From assembly GCA_034007705.1 (NCBI GenBank), contig JAVEQK010000016.1, positions 5,893-69,892 of the forward strand: a stretch of 64,000 nt of DNA, given 5' to 3'. A model generated the notes under the pieces. It was not told where the DNA came from and ran no database searches. It was given only the letters and a program-made list of their open reading frames with translations. Position 1 is the stretch's first letter. Each line of letters starts with the position of its first letter. Positions 9,346 through 18,780 of this stretch are shown piece by piece. The stretch is from Desulfobulbaceae bacterium (GTDB lineage: Bacteria; Desulfobacterota; Desulfobulbia; Desulfobulbales; Desulfobulbaceae). The translations under genes were made by a program, and so were the position numbers.

Positions 9346-10860
9346 TTATTCCTTTTCCTGTCCGGAATCCTTCCGCTCGCTGACATCAACGGCGTGTTCG
9401 ATAAGCTGGACAACCCTGCCGTCCTTGTCGAAAACGGGATAGGCGTAAATTTCCATATACCTTTTCCTGTTCTCCTGGTCATAATGGACATGCTCAACCC
9501 GGACCGGCTTCCCGGTCCGCTTCACTTCCGCCAACGGGCAGGGGTGTTCCCCGCCCGAACAGGGTTCGCCGCAGTGATGGGTCATCCGGTGGCAGGTCAT
9601 GCCCTGAAAGGATTGCACCCCGGTCAGCTCACAGGCGGCCTTGTTGGCCATGACTATTGAAAATGTTTCCGCATCGAGGACGTAAAAGGGGTTGGTCATG
9701 GAGTCGATGATCAACTCAAGAAATTTCCGCTGCTCTTCCGCCCTGTTTTCCGCCCGGCTCCGGATCATGATTTCATCCTCCAGCCTGGCATTGGCCTTGG
9801 CGAGCTCGACGGTTCTCTCCATGACCCGGTCTTCCAGCCGGTCATGGGCCTTCTGCAGCTCTTCCCTGGCTTTTTTGTTTTCCCTGGCATAATTCTCGAG
9901 TCTGCCGATGATGGTGCCGAAGCTGTAATACAGAATAATGATCGCGATAATCAGGACGCACAGGGTCAGAAATAAGGAATGAACAATAAAAGCTCTTTTC
10001 TGATCCACCTGTTCGGAAACATCCTGGAGCATGAGCACCCTGCCGATGGCCCCGCCTTTGAAATCATTGAGCAGGCTGCAGCTGTGCAGGATATGCAGCC
10101 GGTCGTCGACCAGGACTTCCTGGTCCTCTTCCAGCCTGCTCAGATCAAGCCTTTCGGCGATACTTTCAAAAAGCCCGCTGCCGCCGGTCATGAGAACATA
10201 CTGGCCGTGTTCCTGAAATCCCTCTGCCACCAGCTTGGCCTTTTGCCATTCTTTGGCTTTGACCAGGAGCGTCACGTCGCTGTTCAGGCTTTCGGTCAAT
10301 GATTGCACCAGCAGTCCCGCATCAATGCCGAATTCAACCGCGCCGATGTGTTGCCCCTCATGGTATACCGGCTCGCTCGCCCAGAAAATGACACCGTGGG
10401 GACAGACATCGAAACCGGACAACTGCTTGCTTTCGGCATGCACGGCGGCAACCATGGGCCGCAACCCGCCTATGTGGTCTCCGAAATGTTCCGGTCTCTG
10501 CACCCTGAGAAACACCGTGTTGTCGGGCAGGGTGAAGACAAAGGCATGGAAGAATTCATTTTCCTCCTTGAATTCCTGGAACAGGGGCGCGCAGAGTTCG
10601 TACAACCGTTCCCTGTCCCTGTCGGCGAATGCCTGCGTGGCCTCGTCGAAATAGCGGACAAAACGGTTGACTTTATAACGGTACGGATCGAACGAATATT
10701 TTTTGATGTCGTTGCTGATGCTGTCTATGAGCTTTTCCCGCTCCCGGATGGCGTTGTCGATGGCTTTGTTGTAATGGCTGATTCCCTCGCTGAACAGAAA
10801 GCCGCACGCAAACAGGATGACCAGACTGACAAGAAACAATGTCCTGTTTTTTATCTCCAT
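9346..10860 (-). CDS. Membrane sensor protein: periplasmic Cache-like domain, TM helix, coiled coil, Cys-rich PAS domain. No output domain.
   Basis: N-terminal TM helix, then about 270 aa extracytoplasmic, then a second TM helix (LFLTLCVLIIAIIILYY). A coiled coil follows (REELQKAHDRLEDRVMERTVELAKANARLEDEI), then a PAS-like domain containing CHRMTHHCGEPCSGGEHPC. The ORF ends 30 aa later. Confidence 0.7.
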   Translation of the reverse strand: MEIKNRTLFLVSLVILFACGFLFSEGISHYNKAIDNAIREREKLIDSISNDIKKYSFDPYRYKVNRFVRYFDEATQAFADRDRERLYELCAPLFQEFKEENEFFHAFVFTLPDNTVFLRVQRPEHFGDHIGGLRPMVAAVHAESKQLSGFDVCPHGVIFWASEPVYHEGQHIGAVEFGIDAGLLVQSLTESLNSDVTLLVKAKEWQKAKLVAEGFQEHGQYVLMTGGSGLFESIAERLDLSRLEEDQEVLVDDRLHILHSCSLLNDFKGGAIGRVLMLQDVSEQVDQKRAFIVHSLFLTLCVLIIAIIILYYSFGTIIGRLENYARENKKAREELQKAHDRLEDRVMERTVELAKANARLEDEIMIRSRAENRAEEQRKFLELIIDSMTNPFYVLDAETFSIVMANKAACELTGVQSFQGMTCHRMTHHCGEPCSGGEHPCPLAEVKRTGKPVRVEHVHYDQENRKRYMEIYAYPVFDKDGRVVQLIEHAVDVSERKDSGQEKE

Positions 10861-11276
10861 GGGTGACCGGTTGCCTGTATATAAAAGGTCCCGACTCTCT
10901 ACTCCGGATCATCGGCTCCTGGTTCATCCGGAGAGAGCCTTTTACTCGTCGTGGAAAGGAAGGGATGGGAGAGTCCGATACATCGGAACTCAGCTCCTCA
11001 TGCTTTATTATACACAAATTTGCTCCATTTCCTACTGTCACCGCGAAAACGGAGCCCGAGTCTGAAAAAAGGCACGGTCGCAAGCCAGGCACAAATCCAT
11101 GGCCCGAGGAAAAAATTCACCCGCTGGAACAACAGGGAACGGAATGCACAAGAGGAATGTGAATCACGCCCGGCTTTCAGCCCGGGGGGATGGTCGTTCC
11201 CGGGAACAAAGCATCCCCGGAATCCCGATGCCGGTGCGGTCGTCCGCATCCACGGACAGCATTGACAAATGATGTG

Positions 11277-11353
11277 TGGCGCGCCCGGAGGGATTCGAAC
11301 CCCCGGCCCTCGGATTCGAAGTCCGATGCTCTATCCGGCTGAGCTACGGGCGC
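11277..11353 (-). tRNA. tRNA-Arg (anticodon UCG), CCA encoded
   Basis: The reverse complement folds as a cloverleaf: acceptor GCGCCCG/CGGGCGC, D arm GCTC-AGCCGGATA-GAGC, anticodon arm TCGGA-CTTCGAA-TCCGA, T arm GGGGG-TTCGAAT-CCCTC, then G-CCA. Confidence 0.9.
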
Positions 11354-11420
11354 AGGGCGGACGGCGTTTGTCCGCCGGCATAATAGAGAAAAAACCAAGG
11401 ATGCGCAAGGCCCATTATCC

Positions 11421-12041
11421 TCAGCCCAGCAGCAGGGTATTGGCAAAGCGGATAATCGGCATGATCACCTTGGAGATAATGCCGAGGTAAAACAGCACCA
11501 GCAGCAGAATAAAGCCGAAGGGCTCAAGCTTTTCGTAGCTCCTGGCCATGTCCGGCGGCAGAATGCCCATGAGGATCTTCGAGCCGTCCAGGGGCGGAAT
11601 CGGCAGGATGTTGAACACCGCCAGCATGACGTTGATCCAGACGCTGGCCGCCAGCATCTGCGCCACGGGCATGAGGACGAACATCGGCAGGAAGGGAAAC
11701 ATCAGCAACAGCTTCACCAGCAAGGCGCTGGCCACCGCCAGGACCATGTTGGCACCCGGGCCGGCCAGGGCGACCAGCAGCATGCCCTTGCGCGGGTCCC
11801 TGAAATAGACGGGATTGACCGGCACCGGTTTGGCCCAGCCGATCTTCATGATGATAAAGGCCAGCACCCCCAGCGGGTCGAGGTGCTTGAGCGGGTTCAT
11901 GGTCAGCCGCCCGGCATTTCTGGCCGTGGGGTCGCCGAGGTTCCAGGCCACATACCCGTGGGCCAGCTCATGAAACGTCAGCGCGAAGAGAAACGGCGGG
12001 GCCAGGATGATGAGCTGCTGAAGAAGATGTTGCATATCCAT
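11421..12041 (-). CDS. Site-2 protease family (peptidase M50) membrane metalloprotease
   Basis: HExxH (FHELAHGY) in a TM helix, a downstream NILPIPPLDGSK motif, and a multi-pass hydrophobic profile. Confidence 0.8.
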   Translation of the reverse strand: MDMQHLLQQLIILAPPFLFALTFHELAHGYVAWNLGDPTARNAGRLTMNPLKHLDPLGVLAFIIMKIGWAKPVPVNPVYFRDPRKGMLLVALAGPGANMVLAVASALLVKLLLMFPFLPMFVLMPVAQMLAASVWINVMLAVFNILPIPPLDGSKILMGILPPDMARSYEKLEPFGFILLLVLFYLGIISKVIMPIIRFANTLLLG

Positions 12042-12046
12042 GTGTA

Positions 12047-12787
12047 TTATTCTTCCTGTCCGACAACATATATATAATCCATAAAGGAGACTGCCGCCTC
12101 GCCGGTATCGTCGGAATCGTTCATTATCGCCAGCGAGGCGGTTGCGGGCGGCTTGCCCCCGAAAGCTTTTTCATAATCCTCGATGATGTGCACCTCCTCC
12201 TCGACCCATGTACCCTTCTCCTCTTCTCCTGAACGGAGGATGATCAGCCGGGCCCGGTCGGTATAGGAACTGGGATATATGCTCTCGGAATGGGGTTTGC
12301 TGGCCCAGACATAATTCAGGCTGCTCTGGGGAGGATATGCACCGTACACGACTTTGGCAATACCGTACTGCAGCTTTTCGCCCAATGTCGCCGCCGCCGG
12401 ATCGTACTTGAACATGATGTACACCCGCAGCGGATAATCATCGCCGGACTTCCGCTCCACATCCCCCTTCTGGTAGACGTTGTCCACTTTCCAGCGCCAT
12501 TTGACCACGGGATAGCTGTAGACATCGAATTCCTGCCGGTGGCGGATGCCGGACGCCGAGGCGCTGCTCCTGGCTTCCAGGATGGTGCCGTCCCCTGTTT
12601 TGCGGATCGCGTACCGGGTATGTTTGTCAATTTTTGGAAAGGTAACGGGCTCCCAATCGTCCAGGCTGGCAAAGTCTTCGCGAATGACCGGTTCCGCGCC
12701 ATGGACGGGGAGAAAAATCAGGGTCAGGAAGAGAAAAAAAAAGGGAACCGGCATCAGCCGCCTTATCTGCGGCCCCGGTCCATTCAT
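12047..12787 (-). CDS. DUF3047 domain protein (secreted)
   Basis: Signal-like MPVPFFFLFLTLIFLPVHG. The body resembles the DUF3047 family (DDYPLRVYIMF, LNYVWAS). The start is set at 12787 to avoid a 77-bp overlap with the upstream gene. The track ORF extends to 12868. Confidence 0.55.
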   Translation of the reverse strand: MNGPGPQIRRLMPVPFFFLFLTLIFLPVHGAEPVIREDFASLDDWEPVTFPKIDKHTRYAIRKTGDGTILEARSSASASGIRHRQEFDVYSYPVVKWRWKVDNVYQKGDVERKSGDDYPLRVYIMFKYDPAAATLGEKLQYGIAKVVYGAYPPQSSLNYVWASKPHSESIYPSSYTDRARLIILRSGEEEKGTWVEEEVHIIEDYEKAFGGKPPATASLAIMNDSDDTGEAAVSFMDYIYVVGQEE

Positions 12788-12791
12788 TGCC

Positions 12792-15566
12792 CTACTTTCC
12801 TGTTCCGGTTCCACGCCCATCCCGTTCCCCTTTATTTTTTCTCGCCTGACGAAGTGGATAGTGATCAAGAATCAGCCGCACCGCCTCGTCATGGCTCCTT
12901 ATCTCACCGTTCAACTGGGCCTCGATGACATGATTGAGCATGGTCCGGAAATTCGGCCCGGGCCTGTATCCCAGGCGCTGCAGGTCGCTCCCCCTGAGCA
13001 GGGGCTCCTCGCTGTCCAGTCTGGTCACATACTGGGAGACCGCCTTCTGGATCTGCTTTTTGCGGGCAATGGACATAAGATAGAGCAGCCCCTCATTATC
13101 CAGATCCTGGAGCAGCCAGTATATTTCACTGGGCTTCATATAGGGCCGATGCAGCATATCGAGGGCGATCCGGTCCGCCTCCGTCTTCTGGCGGACCAGT
13201 TTTTTTTCGATTTTTTCCGGCAGTTCGAAGCGCCGGCAGAACTGGATAAGCTCCCTTGCTCCGGAACGGCTCATTATGCCGAGCAGGTAGACCATCCACT
13301 GGTCCAGAGATTCATCGAGATACAGGAGCTTGAACCAGGAAACCGCCCTGGTGGCCTGGGTCAGCACATGAACGAAACGCCTGTCGATGCGGAGATTCGG
13401 CTTGAGGTCCGGCCACAGGAACTGGAACAGGTCGAAATCGGCCATGCGCCGGAGGGCCGGAAGCGGATCATCCTCCGACAGGATCAGGCGGAGCTCGTTG
13501 AAGAAGCGCTGGGGAGAGAAACGGTCGAAGAGCCGCATCTGCACGGCATTCTTGAGCAGCTTCTCGGTGTGCTTGGCGATGCGGAAATCGAGACGCTGCT
13601 CAAAGCGGATGGCCCGGAAAATTCTGGCCGGATCCTCGACAAAACTCAGGTTGTGCAGCACGCTGATCCGTTGTTTTTTCAAATCGTTCTGGCTGTTGAA
13701 AAAATCGACCAGGGTCCCGAAACGGTCGGGATTGAGGTGGATCGCCATGGCGTTGACGGTAAAATCTCGGCGGTAGAGATCAAGCTTGATGGAAGAAAGC
13801 TCCACCGTCGGGATCGCCGCCGGATACTCGTAATATTCCAGCCTGGCCGTGGCCACGTCGATCCGCGTGCCGTCCCTGAGAATGACCGTCGCCGTCGCGA
13901 ACTTCCTGTGGGTTCTGACCGCTGCCTGCAGCTCGGCAGCCAGTTCCTTGGCAAAATGGATGCCGTTGCCTTCAATGACGATGTCCAGGTCAAGGTTTCT
14001 GATGTGCAGGAGCAGGTCCCGGACGAAACCGCCCACCACGTAGGCATGGTACTTCAGCCGTTCCGCCACCTCCCCTGCCCGCCGGAGCAGGACCATGATG
14101 TCGCGGTCAAGATGGTCGGCCATCAGGGTCGTCAGGTTGCGCGTCCTGGTGGTGGACGGCTGCTCCTCCTCGTGGAGGAGGTTGCGCGGCAGGTGAGCCG
14201 GATCGTTGACCAGCAGGTTGAGGAGATCGGTGCGGGTAATGACGCCGACGATCCTGTCCTTTTCCACCACCGGAATGAGCCGCTGCCGGTGGCCGATGAT
14301 CAGTTCCTGGATATCGGCCAGTGTTGCCGTGGTCGGCAGGGTGGCGATCTCGGTGGTCATATAGTCGCTGACCGGCAGGTAGCCGAGCTTGTGAAAAATG
14401 GCCTTTTCCACCACCCGCCTGGATATCAGGCCGAGAATGGCAGGCGGCTGATCCTCCTCTTCATTGTCCTGCTCGGGAGAGACGACCGGCAGCACGGTGA
14501 TGTTGTAGCGGGTCAGCAGGTCGTGGGCCATATTGATGGAGACATCGGGGGTCACTGTGATAACCGGGGAGGACATGATCTCGGCCGCAATTGCCCGGGG
14601 CCGGATGTAGCGGTGCAGGAGGTGGACCAGCTTCTCCTCGGCCTCGATCAGGGTCATGTCCCTGATGGTCGCCGCCGCCGCCGAAGCATGGCCGCCGCCG
14701 CCGAAATCCCTGGCGATGATGCCGACGTTGACCTCCGGAATCCGGCTGCGGGCGATGAGATAGGTGCGCTCGCCCATACAGATCAGGCCGAACAGCACAT
14801 CAAGGTTTTCCATGACCATGAGCCGGTGGAGGATGACGGCGAAACTGTCCTCGTATTCCTGGAGGGTCAGCTTGGTGACGACGATCTCAATGGACTGGAT
14901 CGTATAGGTCGTCGCGTTCTTCAGCAGGTTGTTCAACAGGCCGATCTGCCGGGCGGAAAGGTCCTGGGAGATGAACTGGCTGACGATGTCGAGATTCGCC
15001 CCGTGCTGGAGCAGCCATGAGGCGGCCTGGAGGTCGGCGCCGGTCGTGGATGCATGCAGGAAGTTTCCCGTATCCTCGTAAATGCCGAGGGCAAGAAGGG
15101 TGGCTTCCTCCGGGGAAGGCTCGATCTGCCGTTCCTGAAAAAGACGGACAAAGATGGTCGAGGTCGAACCGACCAGTTCAATAACCTCCAGATCGCCGGT
15201 CAGGTCACCGGCCGTCGAGGGATGATGGTCGTAGATATGGAGCTCGATCCCCGGATTATTCAGGCATTCCTGCAGCTTGCCGATCCGGTTGGGCTGCCGC
15301 GTATCGACCACGATCAACCGCCCGACATTTTCCAGGTTAATATTTTTCAGCCGCTTGAAGGCATAGATATGACGGAATTCCTGGGCCAGGTAATCGCGCA
15401 CGACTTTTTCCTGGGACCCGGAAAACACCAGTTCGGCCTGTGGATACAGCCTTTTGGCGGCAACCATGGAGGCAAGCGCGTCAAAATCCGCATTGAGGTG
15501 GGTGGTGATGACGTCCATGTCGATCATTATACCCTTCTCCCGGCCCGGCGCAAAATGATTCGGCAC
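12792..15566 (-). CDS. Fusion protein: DHH/DHHA1 phosphoesterase, CBS pair and CCA-adding/poly(A) polymerase-family nucleotidyltransferase
   Basis: DHH motifs (NADFDALAS, YDHHP) and DHHA1 GGGGH. Two CBS repeats. Polymerase head motifs GGFVRDLLL..DLDIVIEG and RRDFTVNAMA. Confidence 0.8.
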   Translation of the reverse strand: MPNHFAPGREKGIMIDMDVITTHLNADFDALASMVAAKRLYPQAELVFSGSQEKVVRDYLAQEFRHIYAFKRLKNINLENVGRLIVVDTRQPNRIGKLQECLNNPGIELHIYDHHPSTAGDLTGDLEVIELVGSTSTIFVRLFQERQIEPSPEEATLLALGIYEDTGNFLHASTTGADLQAASWLLQHGANLDIVSQFISQDLSARQIGLLNNLLKNATTYTIQSIEIVVTKLTLQEYEDSFAVILHRLMVMENLDVLFGLICMGERTYLIARSRIPEVNVGIIARDFGGGGHASAAAATIRDMTLIEAEEKLVHLLHRYIRPRAIAAEIMSSPVITVTPDVSINMAHDLLTRYNITVLPVVSPEQDNEEEDQPPAILGLISRRVVEKAIFHKLGYLPVSDYMTTEIATLPTTATLADIQELIIGHRQRLIPVVEKDRIVGVITRTDLLNLLVNDPAHLPRNLLHEEEQPSTTRTRNLTTLMADHLDRDIMVLLRRAGEVAERLKYHAYVVGGFVRDLLLHIRNLDLDIVIEGNGIHFAKELAAELQAAVRTHRKFATATVILRDGTRIDVATARLEYYEYPAAIPTVELSSIKLDLYRRDFTVNAMAIHLNPDRFGTLVDFFNSQNDLKKQRISVLHNLSFVEDPARIFRAIRFEQRLDFRIAKHTEKLLKNAVQMRLFDRFSPQRFFNELRLILSEDDPLPALRRMADFDLFQFLWPDLKPNLRIDRRFVHVLTQATRAVSWFKLLYLDESLDQWMVYLLGIMSRSGARELIQFCRRFELPEKIEKKLVRQKTEADRIALDMLHRPYMKPSEIYWLLQDLDNEGLLYLMSIARKKQIQKAVSQYVTRLDSEEPLLRGSDLQRLGYRPGPNFRTMLNHVIEAQLNGEIRSHDEAVRLILDHYPLRQARKNKGERDGRGTGTGK

Positions 15567-15582
15567 CCTTTGGGAAAAGCGA

Positions 15583-16521
15583 TCAGTCCAGGAAGGCGAT
15601 CAGCCGGTACAGGAGCGGCAGTGTCATGAAAGACGCCAGGATGCCGTAGCCGACCATGGCCGAGGAAAGGCGGGGACTGAGCCCGGCCATGGAGGCAAGC
15701 GCTCCGGCCGCCACCATGGGCGGCATCGCTGTTTCAAACAGGGATACCTGGATCGCAGACCCGGTCAGGCCAAGGAGCATGCATGCGGCAATGAAGAGCA
15801 GCGGCGTCAGCAGCAGCCTTGCCGTCAGGCCGAAGAGCAGGGGCAGCCGTTCGGCGGACACCATGCGGAGCCGGAGCTGGAATCCTATGGCCACCATGAC
15901 CACCGGCACCAGGGAATCGGCCGTCATCTGCAGCAGCATTGCCGCCCAGGGAGGATATGAAGCGCCGCGCAGCACAAGGGCCGCCGCCAGGGCAATGAAA
16001 GGCGGAAAAAGCACGATCCGTGCCGCAATCCTCCCCGGGGTCGGCCTCTCGCCGTCGCTGTACAGCGCAAGAATCACGGCGCCGTACGTTGACAGGGCAA
16101 GAAAGGAGCCGAACTGGTCATAGAGGATGGCATAGGTCAGCCCGGACCCGCCGTAGAAAAGCTCCACCATGGGGATGCCAAGAAAGGCGGTGTTGCCGAG
16201 GGGAACCATCAGCAGCAGAGAGCCGGTGATGGCCCGGGGCCAGGCGCACAGTCTGGAGACCCCGAAAACCAGAAGCGAGGAACAAAGCACCGCCAGCCAG
16301 GCCATCAGAACCGGCGCCAGGAGCTCGGCGGTGAAGGCCAGCTTCGGCGCCTGCACAAGAATCAGCGCCGGCAGGGCGACATAGATCACGTACAGGTTGA
16401 GGCTCCTGTCCGTATCGGCCGGAAAGAGCGGGATCCGGCGCAGGATGTTGCCTGCCGCCAGAAGGAAGAGAAAAGGGAGGACACGTTCCATTTTTGCCTG
16501 CCGGACTGATATTGCCGCCAC
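15583..16521 (-). CDS. AEC (auxin efflux carrier) family transporter
   Basis: 312-aa protein with about 10 TM helices and the two-repeat hydrophobic profile typical of the AEC/Mem_trans family. Confidence 0.65.
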   Translation of the reverse strand: MAAISVRQAKMERVLPFLFLLAAGNILRRIPLFPADTDRSLNLYVIYVALPALILVQAPKLAFTAELLAPVLMAWLAVLCSSLLVFGVSRLCAWPRAITGSLLLMVPLGNTAFLGIPMVELFYGGSGLTYAILYDQFGSFLALSTYGAVILALYSDGERPTPGRIAARIVLFPPFIALAAALVLRGASYPPWAAMLLQMTADSLVPVVMVAIGFQLRLRMVSAERLPLLFGLTARLLLTPLLFIAACMLLGLTGSAIQVSLFETAMPPMVAAGALASMAGLSPRLSSAMVGYGILASFMTLPLLYRLIAFLD

Positions 16522-16913
16522 CTCCTGGGGGAGGGACCATCATGATGAAGCCACGTAGTCAATTTTCTCCGGGAATTCAAGTTGTATTTACGGATCCGGT
16601 TTTTTCTCTTTTCCTTTGTTGGCGGGAATTCCTCCAGGGTGCTCTCTCCATCCCCGGCCCAGGTTTGTCAAGGGTCGGGCCGCAATGTTCTCCCGGGAAG
16701 GGGCAGCACGCATGGCTTGGACAAGGGCGGCGGCCGCTTGGAATTGATCCTGGAACTGATTATTCTTAACAACTAAATATAATATTTTCATTGACATAGA
16801 AGAACCGAATGAATAATGAATTACCATTCATTGCCGTATTTGTTTCCGGCCGCCGGGAGATGAACGGGCACCCGTTGGTCCGGAAGGGAATGGTCAAAAA
16901 AAGGAGGAAAAAA

Positions 16914-17720
16914 ATGAACAAAATAGTTGGCGCGACGCTTGTTCTTTGCTGCTTTATCCTGGCGTTCAGTGTTTTTCAGGCCGGCGCCCGCGGCACAGCA
17001 GTTCAGAAACCGGGCCCCGATGAGGCCATCATGATGCTGAAGGAAGGAAACCAGCGTTTTGTGAGCGGCAATGCCGCTCACCCGCACACCGACAACGCCC
17101 GCCTCATCCAGGCCGGCAGGGAAAACCAGGGCGACCATGCCTATGCCACGATTCTCTCCTGCTCCGATTCCCGGGTGCCGGTCGAACGCATTTTCGACGC
17201 CGGTGTCATGGATCTCTTTATCATCCGCGTCGCCGGCAATGTTGTCGATGTCGACGAAGCGGGATCAATCGAATACGGCCTCGCCCATGTCAATACTCCC
17301 GTCCTCGTCGTCCTGGGGCACACCCAGTGCGGGGCGGTTACCGCGGTAACCAGCGCCGTTCAGGGACACGGTCATCCCCTGGAAATAAATATCCCCCCGC
17401 TGGTCGACAACATACAGCCCGCCGTGGAACGGGCCATGGCCGCGCTTCCCGGGGCGGAAACCGGACACATCATTGCCAGGGGCATCGAGGAAAACGTCTG
17501 GCAGGCCATTGAAGACCTGTTCATGCGCAGCCCGGTCAGCCGGGAATTGGTACAAAGCGGCAGGGCCAAGGTCGTCGGCGCCGTTTACGACGTCGGCACC
17601 GGGAGCGTTGCCTGGCTGCCGGAGGAAAAGACCGGTGAAATTCTCGCCCGGGTGGAGCAGGACCCCCGGCGTGAGATCAAAGCGGTTGCCGGCGAAGGGG
17701 AACCGCATCCGGCCCATTAG
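16914..17720 (+). CDS. Beta-class carbonic anhydrase with signal peptide (periplasmic)
   Basis: Zinc-ligand motifs CSDSRVP and HTQCGAV. The start is at Met36 of the track ORF, preceded by AGGAGG. Signal peptide: MNKIVGATLVLCCFILAFSVFQAGARG. Confidence 0.85.
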   Translation: MNKIVGATLVLCCFILAFSVFQAGARGTAVQKPGPDEAIMMLKEGNQRFVSGNAAHPHTDNARLIQAGRENQGDHAYATILSCSDSRVPVERIFDAGVMDLFIIRVAGNVVDVDEAGSIEYGLAHVNTPVLVVLGHTQCGAVTAVTSAVQGHGHPLEINIPPLVDNIQPAVERAMAALPGAETGHIIARGIEENVWQAIEDLFMRSPVSRELVQSGRAKVVGAVYDVGTGSVAWLPEEKTGEILARVEQDPRREIKAVAGEGEPHPAH

Positions 17721-18025
17721 GAAAAGTCGGGCCCGTCCCGGAAATATTTCCTTCAGGCCATTTCCTCCGGCACTGCCCGCTTCCGCAGGGAATGGCCTTG
17801 AAGCGCACGGCGGCCGTTTGCTGACCGCACGGCAAATTCTTGTCTTCTCCAGTTCTTTCCGATATGATCAGACTGACTGTTTATGATGATCGGCCCTGCA
17901 TGCATTGCGACGCCGGCTGAGCAGCGCGGTGATTTCCCTGATTACCGGACTCTTCATCCATGGCGCAGCCCTGCGGAGGACCGCATCGTTTCCTGAACAA
18001 CCGCGCACCGGCAGCACGGCGCAAT

Positions 18026-18739
18026 ATGGACATCATCAAGATCCACTATGCCTTTACCTTTGACGACGGGCGGGAGGAGGTCTTTGACCTTGCCATTGAT
18101 TCCCGTTCCCTGGAAGTGCTCAACACTCCCGCGGACGATCTGCCGGAGTGGACCCGGCTGGAATTTCATCAGTGTGCCAATTGTCCCTTCACGCCCGCAG
18201 CCATGCCCCACTGTCCGGTGGCAGTGTGCCTGATCCAGGTTATCGGACGCTTTCAGAACGTGGTTTCCCACAACGAGACCGTATTGACCGTCACCACCGA
18301 TGAACGGCAGGTCTCGCAGCGCACCACGGCGCAAAAAGGAATCAGCTCCCTCCTCGGTCTGCTGTTCGCCGCCAGCGGCTGTCCCCATACCTCCTATTTC
18401 AAGCCCATGGCACGGTATCATCTGCCGCTGTCCTCGGAGGATGAAACCTATTACCGGGCAACCGCCATGTATCTGCTGGCCCAGTACATGCGCCATAAAA
18501 AAGGACTGGAAGTGGACCTGGAACTGGACGGGCTCAAATCAATCTACCGCAACGTCCACAAACTGAACACCATGATCGCGGAACGGATACGCAGCGCCAC
18601 ACGGGCCGACTCTTCGGTCAATGCCGTTGTCCTGCTGGACATGATCAGCAATTTGATGCCCTTTGTCCTGGACGAGAACATGGACAAGATCCTGCCCCTG
18701 TTCAGCTCCTATCTGCCCGCGGCTGAAACAGGGCAATAA
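18026..18739 (+). CDS. Conserved-looking hypothetical protein, Cys-rich (HQCANCPF...PHCPVAVC...GCPH)
   Basis: A clean 237-aa ORF from MDIIKIHY. Codon usage resembles the neighbours. It ends 42 bp before the antiporter gene. I recognise no domain. Confidence 0.6.
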   Translation: MDIIKIHYAFTFDDGREEVFDLAIDSRSLEVLNTPADDLPEWTRLEFHQCANCPFTPAAMPHCPVAVCLIQVIGRFQNVVSHNETVLTVTTDERQVSQRTTAQKGISSLLGLLFAASGCPHTSYFKPMARYHLPLSSEDETYYRATAMYLLAQYMRHKKGLEVDLELDGLKSIYRNVHKLNTMIAERIRSATRADSSVNAVVLLDMISNLMPFVLDENMDKILPLFSSYLPAAETGQ

Positions 18740-18780
18740 CCCCATCCCATCGGATACTTTTCGCACCCTCCAGGACCAAC

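Noticed and set aside
11277-11353. tRNA-Arg as a possible integration hotspot for a genomic island.
   Set aside because: No integrase, direct repeat of the tRNA 3' end, or phage/mobile gene was seen on either side within the window.
17336-17351. Perfect palindrome GGTTACC-GC-GGTAACC inside the carbonic anhydrase gene, with the same half-sites as the putative enhancer motif.
   Set aside because: The spacer is 2 nt rather than 4. It lies in coding sequence and is explained by a repeated AVT-AVT codon pattern. It is likely coincidental.
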